The notes below the pieces were generated by a model. It did not search any database, was not told the origin of the DNA, and saw only the letters and a program-made list of their open reading frames with translations. From the IMG/VR virus record IMGVR_UViG_3300045999_011383: 64,000 nucleotides of DNA, one strand, 5' to 3'. The position numbers were made by a program, and so were the translations under genes. Below, piece by piece: positions 42,677 through 51,210 of the stretch (positions within the stretch are counted from its first letter, which is position 1; each line of letters begins with the position of its first letter). Source of the stretch: a virus.

Positions 42677-43180
42677 GTGCAATTTAAGTCGTTAACATAT
42701 AAAGCAGTTCATGCCTACACAAGTTACAACAAGCTTTCAATTACAGAAGCAGATAGGATAGCTTCTGTAAATTTCAATGATATCCCTGATGTCATTGAGA
42801 CAGACTTAGGCAATATCTATATTGCCGATGATGTCTATATAATAGACGCTTGCGAAAACCCAGGAAAGACCTGGAATCACAACAAAAAAAGTGATTGGTA
42901 CACGCACGTACCAACCGGGGTTAAAGTAAAAAAAGAGAGTAAAAAGTCCCCTAACTACAACAAACCCAACGGAGAAGGGGTTTGTGAGACAACCCTAACG
43001 GTCAAAATTCCGTTACCCTCCAAGAGAGGGCAGAACCCCAACTCTCATCATAATCGGACCAAGACGGGAAATATCTCCCGTAGCATCAGATTATCCGCAG
43101 AGGAATGGGAACTCCTGGGACTACTGGGAAATGGCAGTCACTCCCAGGGAATCAGAAACATCTTAAATTCCCGCAACTAA
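42677..43180 (+). CDS. hypothetical protein (167 aa)
   Basis: ORF followed by a terminator. Confidence 0.45.
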   Translation: MQFKSLTYKAVHAYTSYNKLSITEADRIASVNFNDIPDVIETDLGNIYIADDVYIIDACENPGKTWNHNKKSDWYTHVPTGVKVKKESKKSPNYNKPNGEGVCETTLTVKIPLPSKRGQNPNSHHNRTKTGNISRSIRLSAEEWELLGLLGNGSHSQGIRNILNSRN

Positions 43181-43185
43181 CTCAA

Positions 43186-43217
43186 AACCCTGTAAGTCAA
43201 TTACAGGGTTTTATTTT
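43186..43217 (+). terminator. rho-independent terminator
   Basis: AACCCTGTAAgtcaaTTACAGGGTTttatttt. Confidence 0.7.
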
Positions 43218-43225
43218 GTCCTTAA

Positions 43226-43417
43226 TCAATCGTGCCGTTGACAAGTTTTTAACGCAAATGCGTTGTTTCAGCCGCGTTTCTAGCAGTGTCAATCGTGCCG
43301 AATAATGATTCTACCATTATCAATCGTGCCGTTTGTTCCTGGGGATTTTAAGAAGGGTAGCGTGAACCTATTGCTGTACAAGGGTTTTAGCCAGTGACAA
43401 GTGAACGGCACGATTGA
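43226..43417. repeat. four copies (3 direct, 1 inverted) of the 12-mer TCAATCGTGCCG
   Basis: Direct copies at 43226-43237, 43289-43300 and 43320-43331; inverted copy at 43406-43417. They lie between the terminators of two convergent genes. Confidence 0.7.
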
Positions 43418-43467
43418 ATCATGAAATCAAAAGTGCCTGTTTTTGGGGTTTTTGAGTTCTTATTCCC

Positions 43468-43506
43468 ATAAAAAACGCGATCGCTCAACAGAAAAGCGAT
43501 CGCGTT
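43468..43506 (-). terminator. rho-independent terminator built from two HIP1 sites
   Basis: 12-bp stem aacgcgatcgct / agcgatcgcgtt, with a T-run on the minus strand. Confidence 0.65.
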
Positions 43507-43648
43507 AAAGGTGTTTTCAGAAGGTACTACTAGTATAGCAAATTAGTTCAGTGGTTGCCCAGTCAGTTCTTTGTGGTATGCTATATATGAGGTGAACGCT
43601 GACTTCATGTCATGTGCTTAAACAACTTTTGTTTGTTTAAGCCTAGCC

Positions 43649-44314
43649 TCATGGCTTATGAATTAATGTTGACGCTGAACAATCTTTCCCTAATTTAATA
43701 TCAAAGATAGCGTCGTAGCATTGCCGACCGCTGTTCATGACTGGTTTTCCGTTCTTAAACTGCGGAACACCTTGGATTGTTTTTTGGCACTTACTCATAG
43801 GAATACCTTCCTTAAGGTAATCCACTCTATCCGCGATCGGATAGATGTGACGAATATGTGCGTTCAAAGATTCCCAAGCTTTAGCTCTTCCTTGAGAGCA
43901 ATTCCAATCCAGTGGCATTAGAAATAGTAGTCGGGAATTGGGGCTATTATTAAGTAGTTCCAAGGATTTAGCAACTGCTTCAACACACAGAGAAAAAGGC
44001 GGGTTAGTGATGATAAGGTCGCATCCCCATATAGAGACATCCTTAAAAAAATCACCATTTACCCATGTAGCTGACTTGGCTTTTTCTTTCCCTTGCAAGA
44101 ATCGGGAATACTTGATTTCTATACATTCTATTGAGCGATCGCTCGGTAGGTATTTAGCTATCTGCCCAGAACCAGCAAAGGGTTCTAGTATTTGTTTGTC
44201 CGTGGGTAAGACCAGTCTAGACATAGCGACAGCAAGCCAGTCAGGTGTCTCATAGTCGTCGTTTGTGAAGTCACTCGTGGTGACTTGTTCTTGAAAAAGT
44301 GCTAATTGGTTCAT
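43649..44314 (-). CDS. DNA N6-adenine methyltransferase (NPPF type)
   Basis: Motif I ILEPFAGSGQI followed by motif IV LIITNPPF. Confidence 0.8.
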   Translation of the reverse strand: MNQLALFQEQVTTSDFTNDDYETPDWLAVAMSRLVLPTDKQILEPFAGSGQIAKYLPSDRSIECIEIKYSRFLQGKEKAKSATWVNGDFFKDVSIWGCDLIITNPPFSLCVEAVAKSLELLNNSPNSRLLFLMPLDWNCSQGRAKAWESLNAHIRHIYPIADRVDYLKEGIPMSKCQKTIQGVPQFKNGKPVMNSGRQCYDAIFDIKLGKDCSASTLIHKP

Positions 44315-44453
44315 AGTAAAAAAAGCAGTTTAATGACGTGCTTAGGTCAAAAGTTATTTATTAAAGTCCACTCAAAAAACTCAATCTTGAGTGTTACAGG
44401 CTGCCTAAGCAGCTTGTATTCAAAGGCGGATCATGAGAGATCCGCGTTTTCAA

Positions 44454-44684
44454 CTAAAAAACATCAACTACAGGATTACCCCTGCCCCAGCGGGCTGACC
44501 AGGAAAGCCCCGACCAAGTAGTGACACGGGTAATTTTCCCGTTCTCTACTTTAATACTTGCTTGCTCTGTGGGTATTTCCCCAAAGTGAAATACGTCACT
44601 CTCAGGAAACTCAGTCCCTATCAAGGTACGAAGTGCTTCAGCACTCTTCCAGTTAGCAATTATGAATTGTTTAATATCGTCCAT
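44454..44684 (-). CDS. hypothetical protein (76 aa)
   Basis: Tracked ORF trimmed to the ATG at 44684, preceded by AGGAGACAGAC. The removed N-terminus is the translated 68-nt repeat element. Confidence 0.45.
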   Translation of the reverse strand: MDDIKQFIIANWKSAEALRTLIGTEFPESDVFHFGEIPTEQASIKVENGKITRVTTWSGLSWSARWGRGNPVVDVF

Positions 44685-44710
44685 GTCTGTCTCCTGTGGG
44701 GTGTAATGTA

Positions 44711-44777
44711 AATTTGGCTTCCCACTACTACCAAGGGGTAGTTTCGGACGGTAGCCAGCCGTCCTCGTCAGGTGGGG
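44711..44777. repeat. intergenic ~68-nt structured repeat, copy 1
   Basis: aaatttggcttcccactactaccaaggggtagtttcggacggtagccagccgtcctcgtcaggtgggg. Confidence 0.65.
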
Positions 44778-44778
44778 A

Positions 44779-45015
44779 TTAAAAGTGTTTAACACCCCTT
44801 CTTTTTCTGACTTTTTCTACATCGCTGTAGAAAGACTCTCTAGCATCAAAACTAACACGATTACTGCGGGCAAAAGCCGCAGCTTTTGCAGGACAGTTGA
44901 AGAAGTGAAAAGAACAACAGCGTTCCTTGTTTGCGTCAAGGTACTCAATTTGGATCTCCCAAAATTTTTGCTCTGGAGTTTTGTCCAAGTAGCTCGGTCT
45001 TTCTAATGCTTTCAT
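44779..45015 (-). CDS. hypothetical protein (78 aa)
   Basis: ORF bracketed by the two repeat copies. Confidence 0.5.
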   Translation of the reverse strand: MKALERPSYLDKTPEQKFWEIQIEYLDANKERCCSFHFFNCPAKAAAFARSNRVSFDARESFYSDVEKVRKRRGVKHF

Positions 45016-45126
45016 GATTGTCTCCCTGTTGTTCTTTGATATTTCTATCTTATTCTATAAAGAAACAATTGTCAATACTGAAATTAGAATTATTTTATTT
45101 GACAAGTGTTTTTATTATAGTGGGGT

Positions 45127-45195
45127 AAATTTGGCTTCCCACTACTACCAGGGTGGTAGTTTCGTCCGGTAGCCAGCCGTCCTCGTCAGGCGGGG
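45127..45195. repeat. intergenic ~68-nt structured repeat, copy 2
   Basis: aaatttggcttcccactactaccagggtggtagtttcgtccggtagccagccgtcctcgtcaggcgggg. Confidence 0.65.
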
Positions 45196-46425
45196 TTAGG
45201 CTGTTTGCAGCCACTTCTCGAAAGACTTGATTGGGAAGCCTTTCTTCTGTTGAAGAATTTTGTACTCTTGATATTGCTCTTTTTGAGCAGCAAGCAGTTC
45301 ACCTACTCGCTTGCGTTCAGCTAACAGGCTGTTTATGTGGTTCATGACTACATCCCGGTTTGAACCCAAAGATTTAGATTCGCGGGTACGTTCAGCCAAC
45401 CCACGAGTACGGTCTTCGCATTGCTGCCACGCTGTTCCGTCTTGGCTATCCCACCAGAAAGAGTAGATGTAATCATCGCCAACCCAGAAACGATTAACAC
45501 TACCCTTGGAATCAACTTCTTTTTGAAACCAATCAGGCATGGGTGTAGCCAGTTTAGCAGCTTCTTCAGCTGCTATTTTTGCCAGTCTATCCTGCTCCCA
45601 ACGAGCGCGGATAGACTCTATCTTGAATACTAAGTCTGCAAAAGAAAGATTTTCGCGCTTACAATAGTCGCGCACATACCCTTGCATTGATGCAAGGATT
45701 TGTTCTTCAGTGTTAATCCGAAGAAGATCAACCTTTTCTTCACACCACAGAGTACGCCCATCTGCATGGGCGTACTCCCAGACGGTATAGTAGGTTTTAT
45801 CTGAGTAGATGTCCCCTGAAAAACTTAGGGACTGATTGTAAGTTGATTTAGTTTTTTCCTTTCCTGTGGGAACAAAGGTTTCCCCCCAGTATTTTCTGGG
45901 GAGGTTATGGCAGTAGATGTCTACTGCCGCTTCAAGTGACTTTTGATTAAACATAGCGCACGGTGCGGCGCTATGATGATACTTATGCCAGTCGTCTAAA
46001 CAGGTCAAACCTGCTTGGATTTCTTTTAGCAGAGGATCAGTGGTTAGTGTTTCCTGGACTTCATCCCAGGAGACACATTGCCACAGTCTGTCAGAATCGC
46101 TATCAATATCGCCATAGATAGCGACTTCTAAGTCGTACCAATCCAAATCTTCTGGATTGGTGTCTACTTGAATAATGTCTATTAATCCAGAGGTGTTTAG
46201 AACTCCATTTAAGATTACAGCTAATTTTTTTTGAATTTCAGGATGAAGTTCTGTAACGTTAATTTTAAACATTTTTGTCTCCTCTTGTACCTGTTCCTGT
46301 TCCTCTAATTGAGCGTCAATACTGATTAACTCATCTACCCAGCGGTAGATGTTTTGCTGACCTCTCCCGACGCGGGAGATCAAATTTACTAGCACTTCTC
46401 TTCTTTTTAGCAAGTCCATGTCCAT
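45196..46425 (-). CDS. hypothetical protein (409 aa)
   Basis: Long ORF; no motif recognised. Confidence 0.6.
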   Translation of the reverse strand: MDMDLLKRREVLVNLISRVGRGQQNIYRWVDELISIDAQLEEQEQVQEETKMFKINVTELHPEIQKKLAVILNGVLNTSGLIDIIQVDTNPEDLDWYDLEVAIYGDIDSDSDRLWQCVSWDEVQETLTTDPLLKEIQAGLTCLDDWHKYHHSAAPCAMFNQKSLEAAVDIYCHNLPRKYWGETFVPTGKEKTKSTYNQSLSFSGDIYSDKTYYTVWEYAHADGRTLWCEEKVDLLRINTEEQILASMQGYVRDYCKRENLSFADLVFKIESIRARWEQDRLAKIAAEEAAKLATPMPDWFQKEVDSKGSVNRFWVGDDYIYSFWWDSQDGTAWQQCEDRTRGLAERTRESKSLGSNRDVVMNHINSLLAERKRVGELLAAQKEQYQEYKILQQKKGFPIKSFEKWLQTA

Positions 46426-46482
46426 AACCCTCCCGCGTCGTCTGTTTCTATATTTCCATTATGTATGGATAGAATTATTTTG

Positions 46483-46689
46483 TCAAGTCTTTTCCAAAAC
46501 TTTTTTTTCGCTTTCCAGAAAAGCAGCCATACCCCTTGCTACGTCTGGGTTTCGGGCGAGCCTCTCAATTAGCTCACCAAAGGCTATACATAAATGGTCG
46601 GCATAGCATTGATATACACATTTAGCTGTCGGGGTAAGCCTAAGCGTAAGTTTTGCCTTGTTTTTAGCGTAGTCTGATTGTCGTGCCAT
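46483..46689 (-). CDS. small regulator-like protein, paralog of 52710..52916
   Basis: Shared C-terminus ..ERLARNPDVARGMAAFLESEKK compared with ..EQMARNPDVLRGLADFVENRKK. Confidence 0.5.
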   Translation of the reverse strand: MARQSDYAKNKAKLTLRLTPTAKCVYQCYADHLCIAFGELIERLARNPDVARGMAAFLESEKKVLEKT

Positions 46690-46697
46690 AGTCTTCC

Positions 46698-47015
46698 TTA
46701 ATTGTTGGTGTCCATCAATTCTATCATTACATTATCTTGCTTACTGCTCAAATATTCAGCATACTTGGCAGTTGTTAAAGAGATTAAGCGTTGCTGCTCT
46801 ATGAGTGGTAGTCCCAAGACCAAATATTGATCCAACTCAAAACCAGGACGGCAGCCCAAAGCCAAGCATAACTCTATGTATTTCTCTAATCCTGGAGATA
46901 CCTTACCTGACTGCCATTCACTAAGCGTGCCTTGAGACACGCCGGATAACTTTGCGGCTTTATTTGTGCTTTGAGCGCGTTTGCATATACTAGTAATCAA
47001 TGCGCCTAAGTTCAT
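46698..47015 (-). CDS. XRE-family HTH regulator
   Basis: AAKLSGVSQGTLSEWQSGKVSP. Confidence 0.75.
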   Translation of the reverse strand: MNLGALITSICKRAQSTNKAAKLSGVSQGTLSEWQSGKVSPGLEKYIELCLALGCRPGFELDQYLVLGLPLIEQQRLISLTTAKYAEYLSSKQDNVMIELMDTNN

Positions 47016-47623
47016 AACAACCTGATGTAGAAATCATCTCCACTGGCAATATCTATGAAGTTGTAGATATCCAGTACGCTACCAGTATTGTCCTCAAAGA
47101 GTTCAGTATCAGCGATCGCTTCTAAGGTATTGAAACTAGGAATAACCCGACCACTTTCAATAGTCCAAATGGTTCTAGAAATCAAGGAAAAATCTTGAGA
47201 AGAACACATATCTGCTAATACTTGCTTAGTGATTCCCCTCTTTTCCCTAGTGGATTTAATCAATCCCCCTAGTCTGTACAACCCGTCCCTGACCCATCTT
47301 TTTCTTTGCTTGGGTACGGGAAAATCAGCGTAAGGTGTTTGGCTAATAATATCTATGCACTCATAAATGCCTAAGAGCCTACCTGAATCATCACGAAGTA
47401 AACCTGATGCTGCTATGGCTTCTATTAGGTTATACGCAGGACAAGTTTTCCCTTGTTCCATCTGCTTTAGCGCGGTGTAACTAACCGCAAAAAACTTGTC
47501 AGAACATATCTGCGAGAAGTACCGCAGACTCATTTTTGCATCCTGGCGAGAACGTTTGACCATTGCTCCCAGTTTGGCCATTCCCTCTTTTGTCCATTTT
47601 TTTCTGTACCCTGTTCTGTTCAT
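47012..47623 (-). CDS. tandem-XRE HTH repressor-like protein
   Basis: Two internally repeated halves (..SLRYFSQICS....ALKQMEQGKTCPAYNLIEAIA.. and ..TKQVLADMCS....IWTIESGRVIPSFNTLEAIA..). Confidence 0.7.
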   Translation of the reverse strand: MNRTGYRKKWTKEGMAKLGAMVKRSRQDAKMSLRYFSQICSDKFFAVSYTALKQMEQGKTCPAYNLIEAIAASGLLRDDSGRLLGIYECIDIISQTPYADFPVPKQRKRWVRDGLYRLGGLIKSTREKRGITKQVLADMCSSQDFSLISRTIWTIESGRVIPSFNTLEAIADTELFEDNTGSVLDIYNFIDIASGDDFYIRLL

Positions 47624-47680
47624 AATTTTTACCGTTCACATATTCACACAAAAATATCATAAATTTTTGTAATTCTCTTA

Positions 47681-47720
47681 TGTATCACAAGATATTATGG
47701 TATTATGATATCGTGATACA
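47681..47720. promoter_or_regulatory. operator-like inverted repeat in divergent control region
   Basis: TGTATCAC (47681-47688) and GTGATACA (47713-47720) lie between the divergent XRE and RHH genes. Confidence 0.45.
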
Positions 47721-47733
47721 CGAATAAGGAGAA

Positions 47734-47925
47734 ATGAATTTAATAAAAATCAAAGCTAGAGACAAACGACAGATTAGGATTGACCCTAAGTTGCACCAAA
47801 GAATTAAGATTTTAGCCGCAGAACATCACACTGAAATAGGTTTGTTGGCTGAAGAATTAATTCTTTTAGGCATAAAAAGTTTGAAAGATGAAAGTACAGG
47901 ACATGATCAAAAATCATCGTGGTAG
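47734..47925 (+). CDS. RHH (CopG/Arc-like) small regulator
   Basis: RQIRIDPKLHQRIKILAAEHHTEIGLLAEELILLG. Confidence 0.55.
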   Translation: MNLIKIKARDKRQIRIDPKLHQRIKILAAEHHTEIGLLAEELILLGIKSLKDESTGHDQKSSW

Positions 47926-48265
47926 TGGTCGTTTAGAAGCTTACGCAATGGCTTTCTCAGAAGAGGTTAGTCAATGGTTTCAGGTTGGTTTAAAGTTCTT
48001 TGAAAGCGATCGCACTATAGCTAAGATTGAGTATCTTGATTCAGTAGTAGAGCCAACAATAGAGTTTGATTGTCAAGAGTTGCTTGAAGAATATCCATTG
48101 TCTGTTGCCAGCAATAACTACAACGGAAAAACCATTATTATTCAATTTCCGTATATATGGATTATAAAGCCAAGTGATTCAATTTTTTGGAGTAGTGAAA
48201 TGGGAAAAAAAGATGCTCAATTCATATTAAGAAAAACAGGTCGCATTAAGTCAGTATCTAACTAA
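47888..48265 (+). CDS. hypothetical protein; start uncertain (Met at 47888, 47903 or 47948)
   Basis: ORF in the plus-strand chain. Confidence 0.45.
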   Translation: MKVQDMIKNHRGSGRLEAYAMAFSEEVSQWFQVGLKFFESDRTIAKIEYLDSVVEPTIEFDCQELLEEYPLSVASNNYNGKTIIIQFPYIWIIKPSDSIFWSSEMGKKDAQFILRKTGRIKSVSN

Positions 48266-48517
48266 ATGATACCACCATTAAGATTGCCACCAAAGGATTT
48301 TGCTGTACTACCGCGCCCAACTAATCCCCAACCTTGGGAACGGATATCAAAGCCAGCTTATTGGTTTGGAGACAGGCTAAGAACAAATCTAGGATGGGGG
48401 ATATGTTCAGGGGTCAAGCGTATAAGTACAGGGGATTGGCTTTACTACATTGATCTAGACGACACCTTTTGTCCACATCCGTTTGCAGAATCAGAAATTA
48501 AGGAGAAATTAAAATGA
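48266..48517 (+). CDS. hypothetical protein (83 aa)
   Basis: Abuts its neighbours with no gaps. Confidence 0.45.
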   Translation: MIPPLRLPPKDFAVLPRPTNPQPWERISKPAYWFGDRLRTNLGWGICSGVKRISTGDWLYYIDLDDTFCPHPFAESEIKEKLK

Positions 48518-49038
48518 GACAAATTACCAAAATCAAAGCAAAAAGAAACGATGATACAGAAATGGTGGCAATTACTTACGCCATTTTTAATGAAGATGGT
48601 GAGGAGCAAAAAACCGTGACTGTACGTAGCAAAGAAGAAGCGTCGGACAGTTTTTATCAGGCACTAGACAGCCTAAGAAGCGTTTTGATAGATGCAGTGG
48701 GATTAGATGCTGATATTTGGAAAGAAGGATTAGTTACTGATTTTGCAATCAAAGATAAAGAGGATTTGGTAAGTCTTGGCATTGGCGGAAAGTGTGAGAT
48801 ACAAGGCAGATTTGTCACTGTTTCCACTAAAGATGTATTGATTGAGAAATCTGCTTATGAACACAAGATTGTGTCTGCGGTACTAGTTGAAGCTTCTGAA
48901 TATTTAGATGGTGAACGCAATGGCTGGAAACAGTCCTCTTTATTCACAATGGAAAACCCAGGCAATAGTGATGAAGACGAAGATGAAGGCGGTGAAGCAG
49001 AAGAAGAAAAAGTGGCGGAACTAGCTATTGGTTTTTAA
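48514..49038 (+). CDS. hypothetical protein with strongly acidic C-terminal tail ending in Phe
   Basis: ..NSDEDEDEGGEAEEEKVAELAIGF. Confidence 0.5.
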   Translation: MRQITKIKAKRNDDTEMVAITYAIFNEDGEEQKTVTVRSKEEASDSFYQALDSLRSVLIDAVGLDADIWKEGLVTDFAIKDKEDLVSLGIGGKCEIQGRFVTVSTKDVLIEKSAYEHKIVSAVLVEASEYLDGERNGWKQSSLFTMENPGNSDEDEDEGGEAEEEKVAELAIGF

Positions 49039-49092
49039 TTTCTGCATAAAAAAACTCCGTTGTTTAACGGAGTTTAACGGGATAAACAAAAG

Positions 49093-49329
49093 GTGCTTAC
49101 ACTTATTATCTTATCAAAAAAAATGGAACAAACAACAATCAAAGAAAGTGATTACAAAGTAGGGGATAAAGTTGAGTACAAACACCCTAGCAATGGGTGG
49201 CTGAAAGGTATTTTTATTGGTTTCCATACCCCAGGATTAGCCCCTCCGGGGTGTAGATGGAGTTTTATAGAGATTCGTATCAACGGGAAAATACACAAGG
49301 CTTATTCTTTAAATCAGATTAGAAAATGA
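49093..49329 (+). CDS. hypothetical protein (78 aa)
   Basis: ORF chain. Confidence 0.4.
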   Translation: MLTLIILSKKMEQTTIKESDYKVGDKVEYKHPSNGWLKGIFIGFHTPGLAPPGCRWSFIEIRINGKIHKAYSLNQIRK

Positions 49330-49553
49330 AAAGCTGTTTAAATTGTACCCTGTCAGGGTTTGTCATCGAGAAGCATGGCGAAATTTACACCTACGAAGGC
49401 GACTGCAACGATACTTATTTCCCTCTCACGGAAATAATCAAAGTCCTAAAGTGTAAAAAAGATGATAAGCAAGAATTAAAAGATGAGCTAGAACCAATAT
49501 TTGCAAAAGTCGGAAGCAAGTGCAGGTTTTACGATCCTGTATCCCAACAATAA
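49326..49553 (+). CDS. hypothetical protein (75 aa)
   Basis: ATGA overlap with the upstream ORF. A terminator hairpin follows at about 49562-49590. Confidence 0.45.
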   Translation: MKSCLNCTLSGFVIEKHGEIYTYEGDCNDTYFPLTEIIKVLKCKKDDKQELKDELEPIFAKVGSKCRFYDPVSQQ

Positions 49554-49683
49554 AAGCTAGTAGCCACCTAAGCAGGTGGCTTTTGTTTGCTCATTTTTAC
49601 TTAGTATATAAAAATCTTTTATGGTACTATTCCCAAGTTACTAGCGATTAAGTTATTATAGTTTTGTTGAAACTCAAAAAATT

Positions 49684-49872
49684 ATGGCAAACAAAAACGC
49701 TGTGCCACCTAAATCGGCACAATTTAAACCCGGATGGAAATCAGGTAAAACCAAAGCTATTAAAGTTCCAATAGCTTTGGAGAAGGAAATTAGAGCGATC
49801 GCTCTAATACTGGACGGAAACCCGGAAAGCTTCCAAAAAATACTAGAATTTGCCAAAACACTGGCAAAGTAG
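49684..49872 (+). CDS. small basic protein (62 aa)
   Basis: Preferred over the antisense ORF 49674..49931 because of the plus-strand context. Confidence 0.4.
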   Translation: MANKNAVPPKSAQFKPGWKSGKTKAIKVPIALEKEIRAIALILDGNPESFQKILEFAKTLAK

Positions 49873-50014
49873 TATAATATATAAAAAGCCACCGCACTGT
49901 TGTCAGCAGCACGATGGCAGCCCCTACTCACGTCTTTATAACTAGGAGCATCTTAATCATGAATCATCTTTTGGTTTTTGTCAATAAACTGTTGCACGCC
50001 CGTGGAGGTGTGTA

Positions 50015-51190
50015 ATGGGAAAACACTTAATAAGACACTACGGACGGTATATTTATCGTCATGAAGATTATCAGGCGATTTGTCAAGGGGATGACTGCGC
50101 CGCACAAGTTCTTAGTTTATTTGAGTTCTGGACCAGTTGCCGAATAGAAGAGATTCGGCGTGTACAAAGCTACAACGATCAAAACAAGAAAAATACTTCT
50201 CTTGTTTTGCAAGTACCAACGATGTGGTTGTACGAAACCACTGAAGATATAAGCATAGGCATATTAAATGCCTATGGCGACTCGTCCATAAGGAAGTCAG
50301 TTAAAAAGCTTCTTGACTGGGGGTTTCTTGATTCAAGAAATTCTAAGCACAATTTTGATCGAACTAAAGAATACAGATTTAACACTGATGTGATTCAATC
50401 AGCACTAGATCAGTGGAACAATCAAAATCAAGATGTAAACGCTGAAAGCATTGATAAATCCGATCCGTTAAAAACAACGTTGGAGTCGGTGAAAAAAACG
50501 TTGGAGTCGGTGAAAAAAACGTCGGAGTCGGTGATTTTAGAGGATGATCTATATTCTTCTAACATTCAAATTAAACAATCAGATTTAACAGCAGGGGTGA
50601 AAAGACCAGAAGTAGAAAATCAACTTGTGGATTTAAACCCAAACCACTCTAGAACTTTTGATTTAAAAGGAAGTCTTTCCCATAACCCGATAACCCCTCC
50701 AGAGGGTCAATTTGCGCCCGCCGCCCCGGCGCGTCTTGACAAAGCGAATATTACTGAACCATTTGGAAGGCCGCGCAAGACGGCTAAAGAAATAGCCTGG
50801 GAATGGCTACCAGATGGACCGTGGAAGAAAGAAGGGCAACTGGATAATGAGTTCTGGCAATGGCTCGCGTTGCAGTGGATGTCGCAGTTTGGCACTGATA
50901 TCCATCAGGCGAGGGCTAACGTCTACAGCCACTTCAAAAAGGACACTAACAACCTAGAAATCCGATGGAAGGAATATTCCATCAAAACCAAAAAAGAGGT
51001 GGCTGTAACACCCCTTCCTGAAATTGTATTAACGTGGCTGCCTATGCAGCATCAGGTCGTATGGGAACAGTACATCAACTGCAAGAGCCTAGAAGAATTT
51101 TATAGCAAGCGCAGTTGGAATCAAGCGTATTTGGAGTACGCATTAATCAATCAAGCCAACTTTGATTGGTCTAAACATTTATCTGCATAA
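50015..51190 (+). CDS. replication initiator-like protein carrying internal iterons
   Basis: Lies immediately upstream of dnaB. Three 21-bp-spaced iterons inside the gene encode the peptide repeat TTLESVKKTLESVKKTSESV, a layout like lambda O/ori. Confidence 0.55.
   Translation: MGKHLIRHYGRYIYRHEDYQAICQGDDCAAQVLSLFEFWTSCRIEEIRRVQSYNDQNKKNTSLVLQVPTMWLYETTEDISIGILNAYGDSSIRKSVKKLLDWGFLDSRNSKHNFDRTKEYRFNTDVIQSALDQWNNQNQDVNAESIDKSDPLKTTLESVKKTLESVKKTSESVILEDDLYSSNIQIKQSDLTAGVKRPEVENQLVDLNPNHSRTFDLKGSLSHNPITPPEGQFAPAAPARLDKANITEPFGRPRKTAKEIAWEWLPDGPWKKEGQLDNEFWQWLALQWMSQFGTDIHQARANVYSHFKKDTNNLEIRWKEYSIKTKKEVAVTPLPEIVLTWLPMQHQVVWEQYINCKSLEEFYSKRSWNQAYLEYALINQANFDWSKHLSA
50459..50529. repeat. origin-like iterons: 3 x AACGTTGGAGTC at 21-bp spacing inside the initiator gene
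   Basis: Cores at 50476, 50497 and 50518 (the last reads aacgtcggagtc). Confidence 0.7.
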
Positions 51191-51210
51191 CAATACCCAG
51201 GTCAACTACC

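Noticed and set aside
43105-43305. Tracked 66-aa ORF.
   Set aside because: It spans the terminator of the upstream gene and two of the TCAATCGTGCCG sites, and it overlaps the 3' end of ORF 42677..43180 in another frame.
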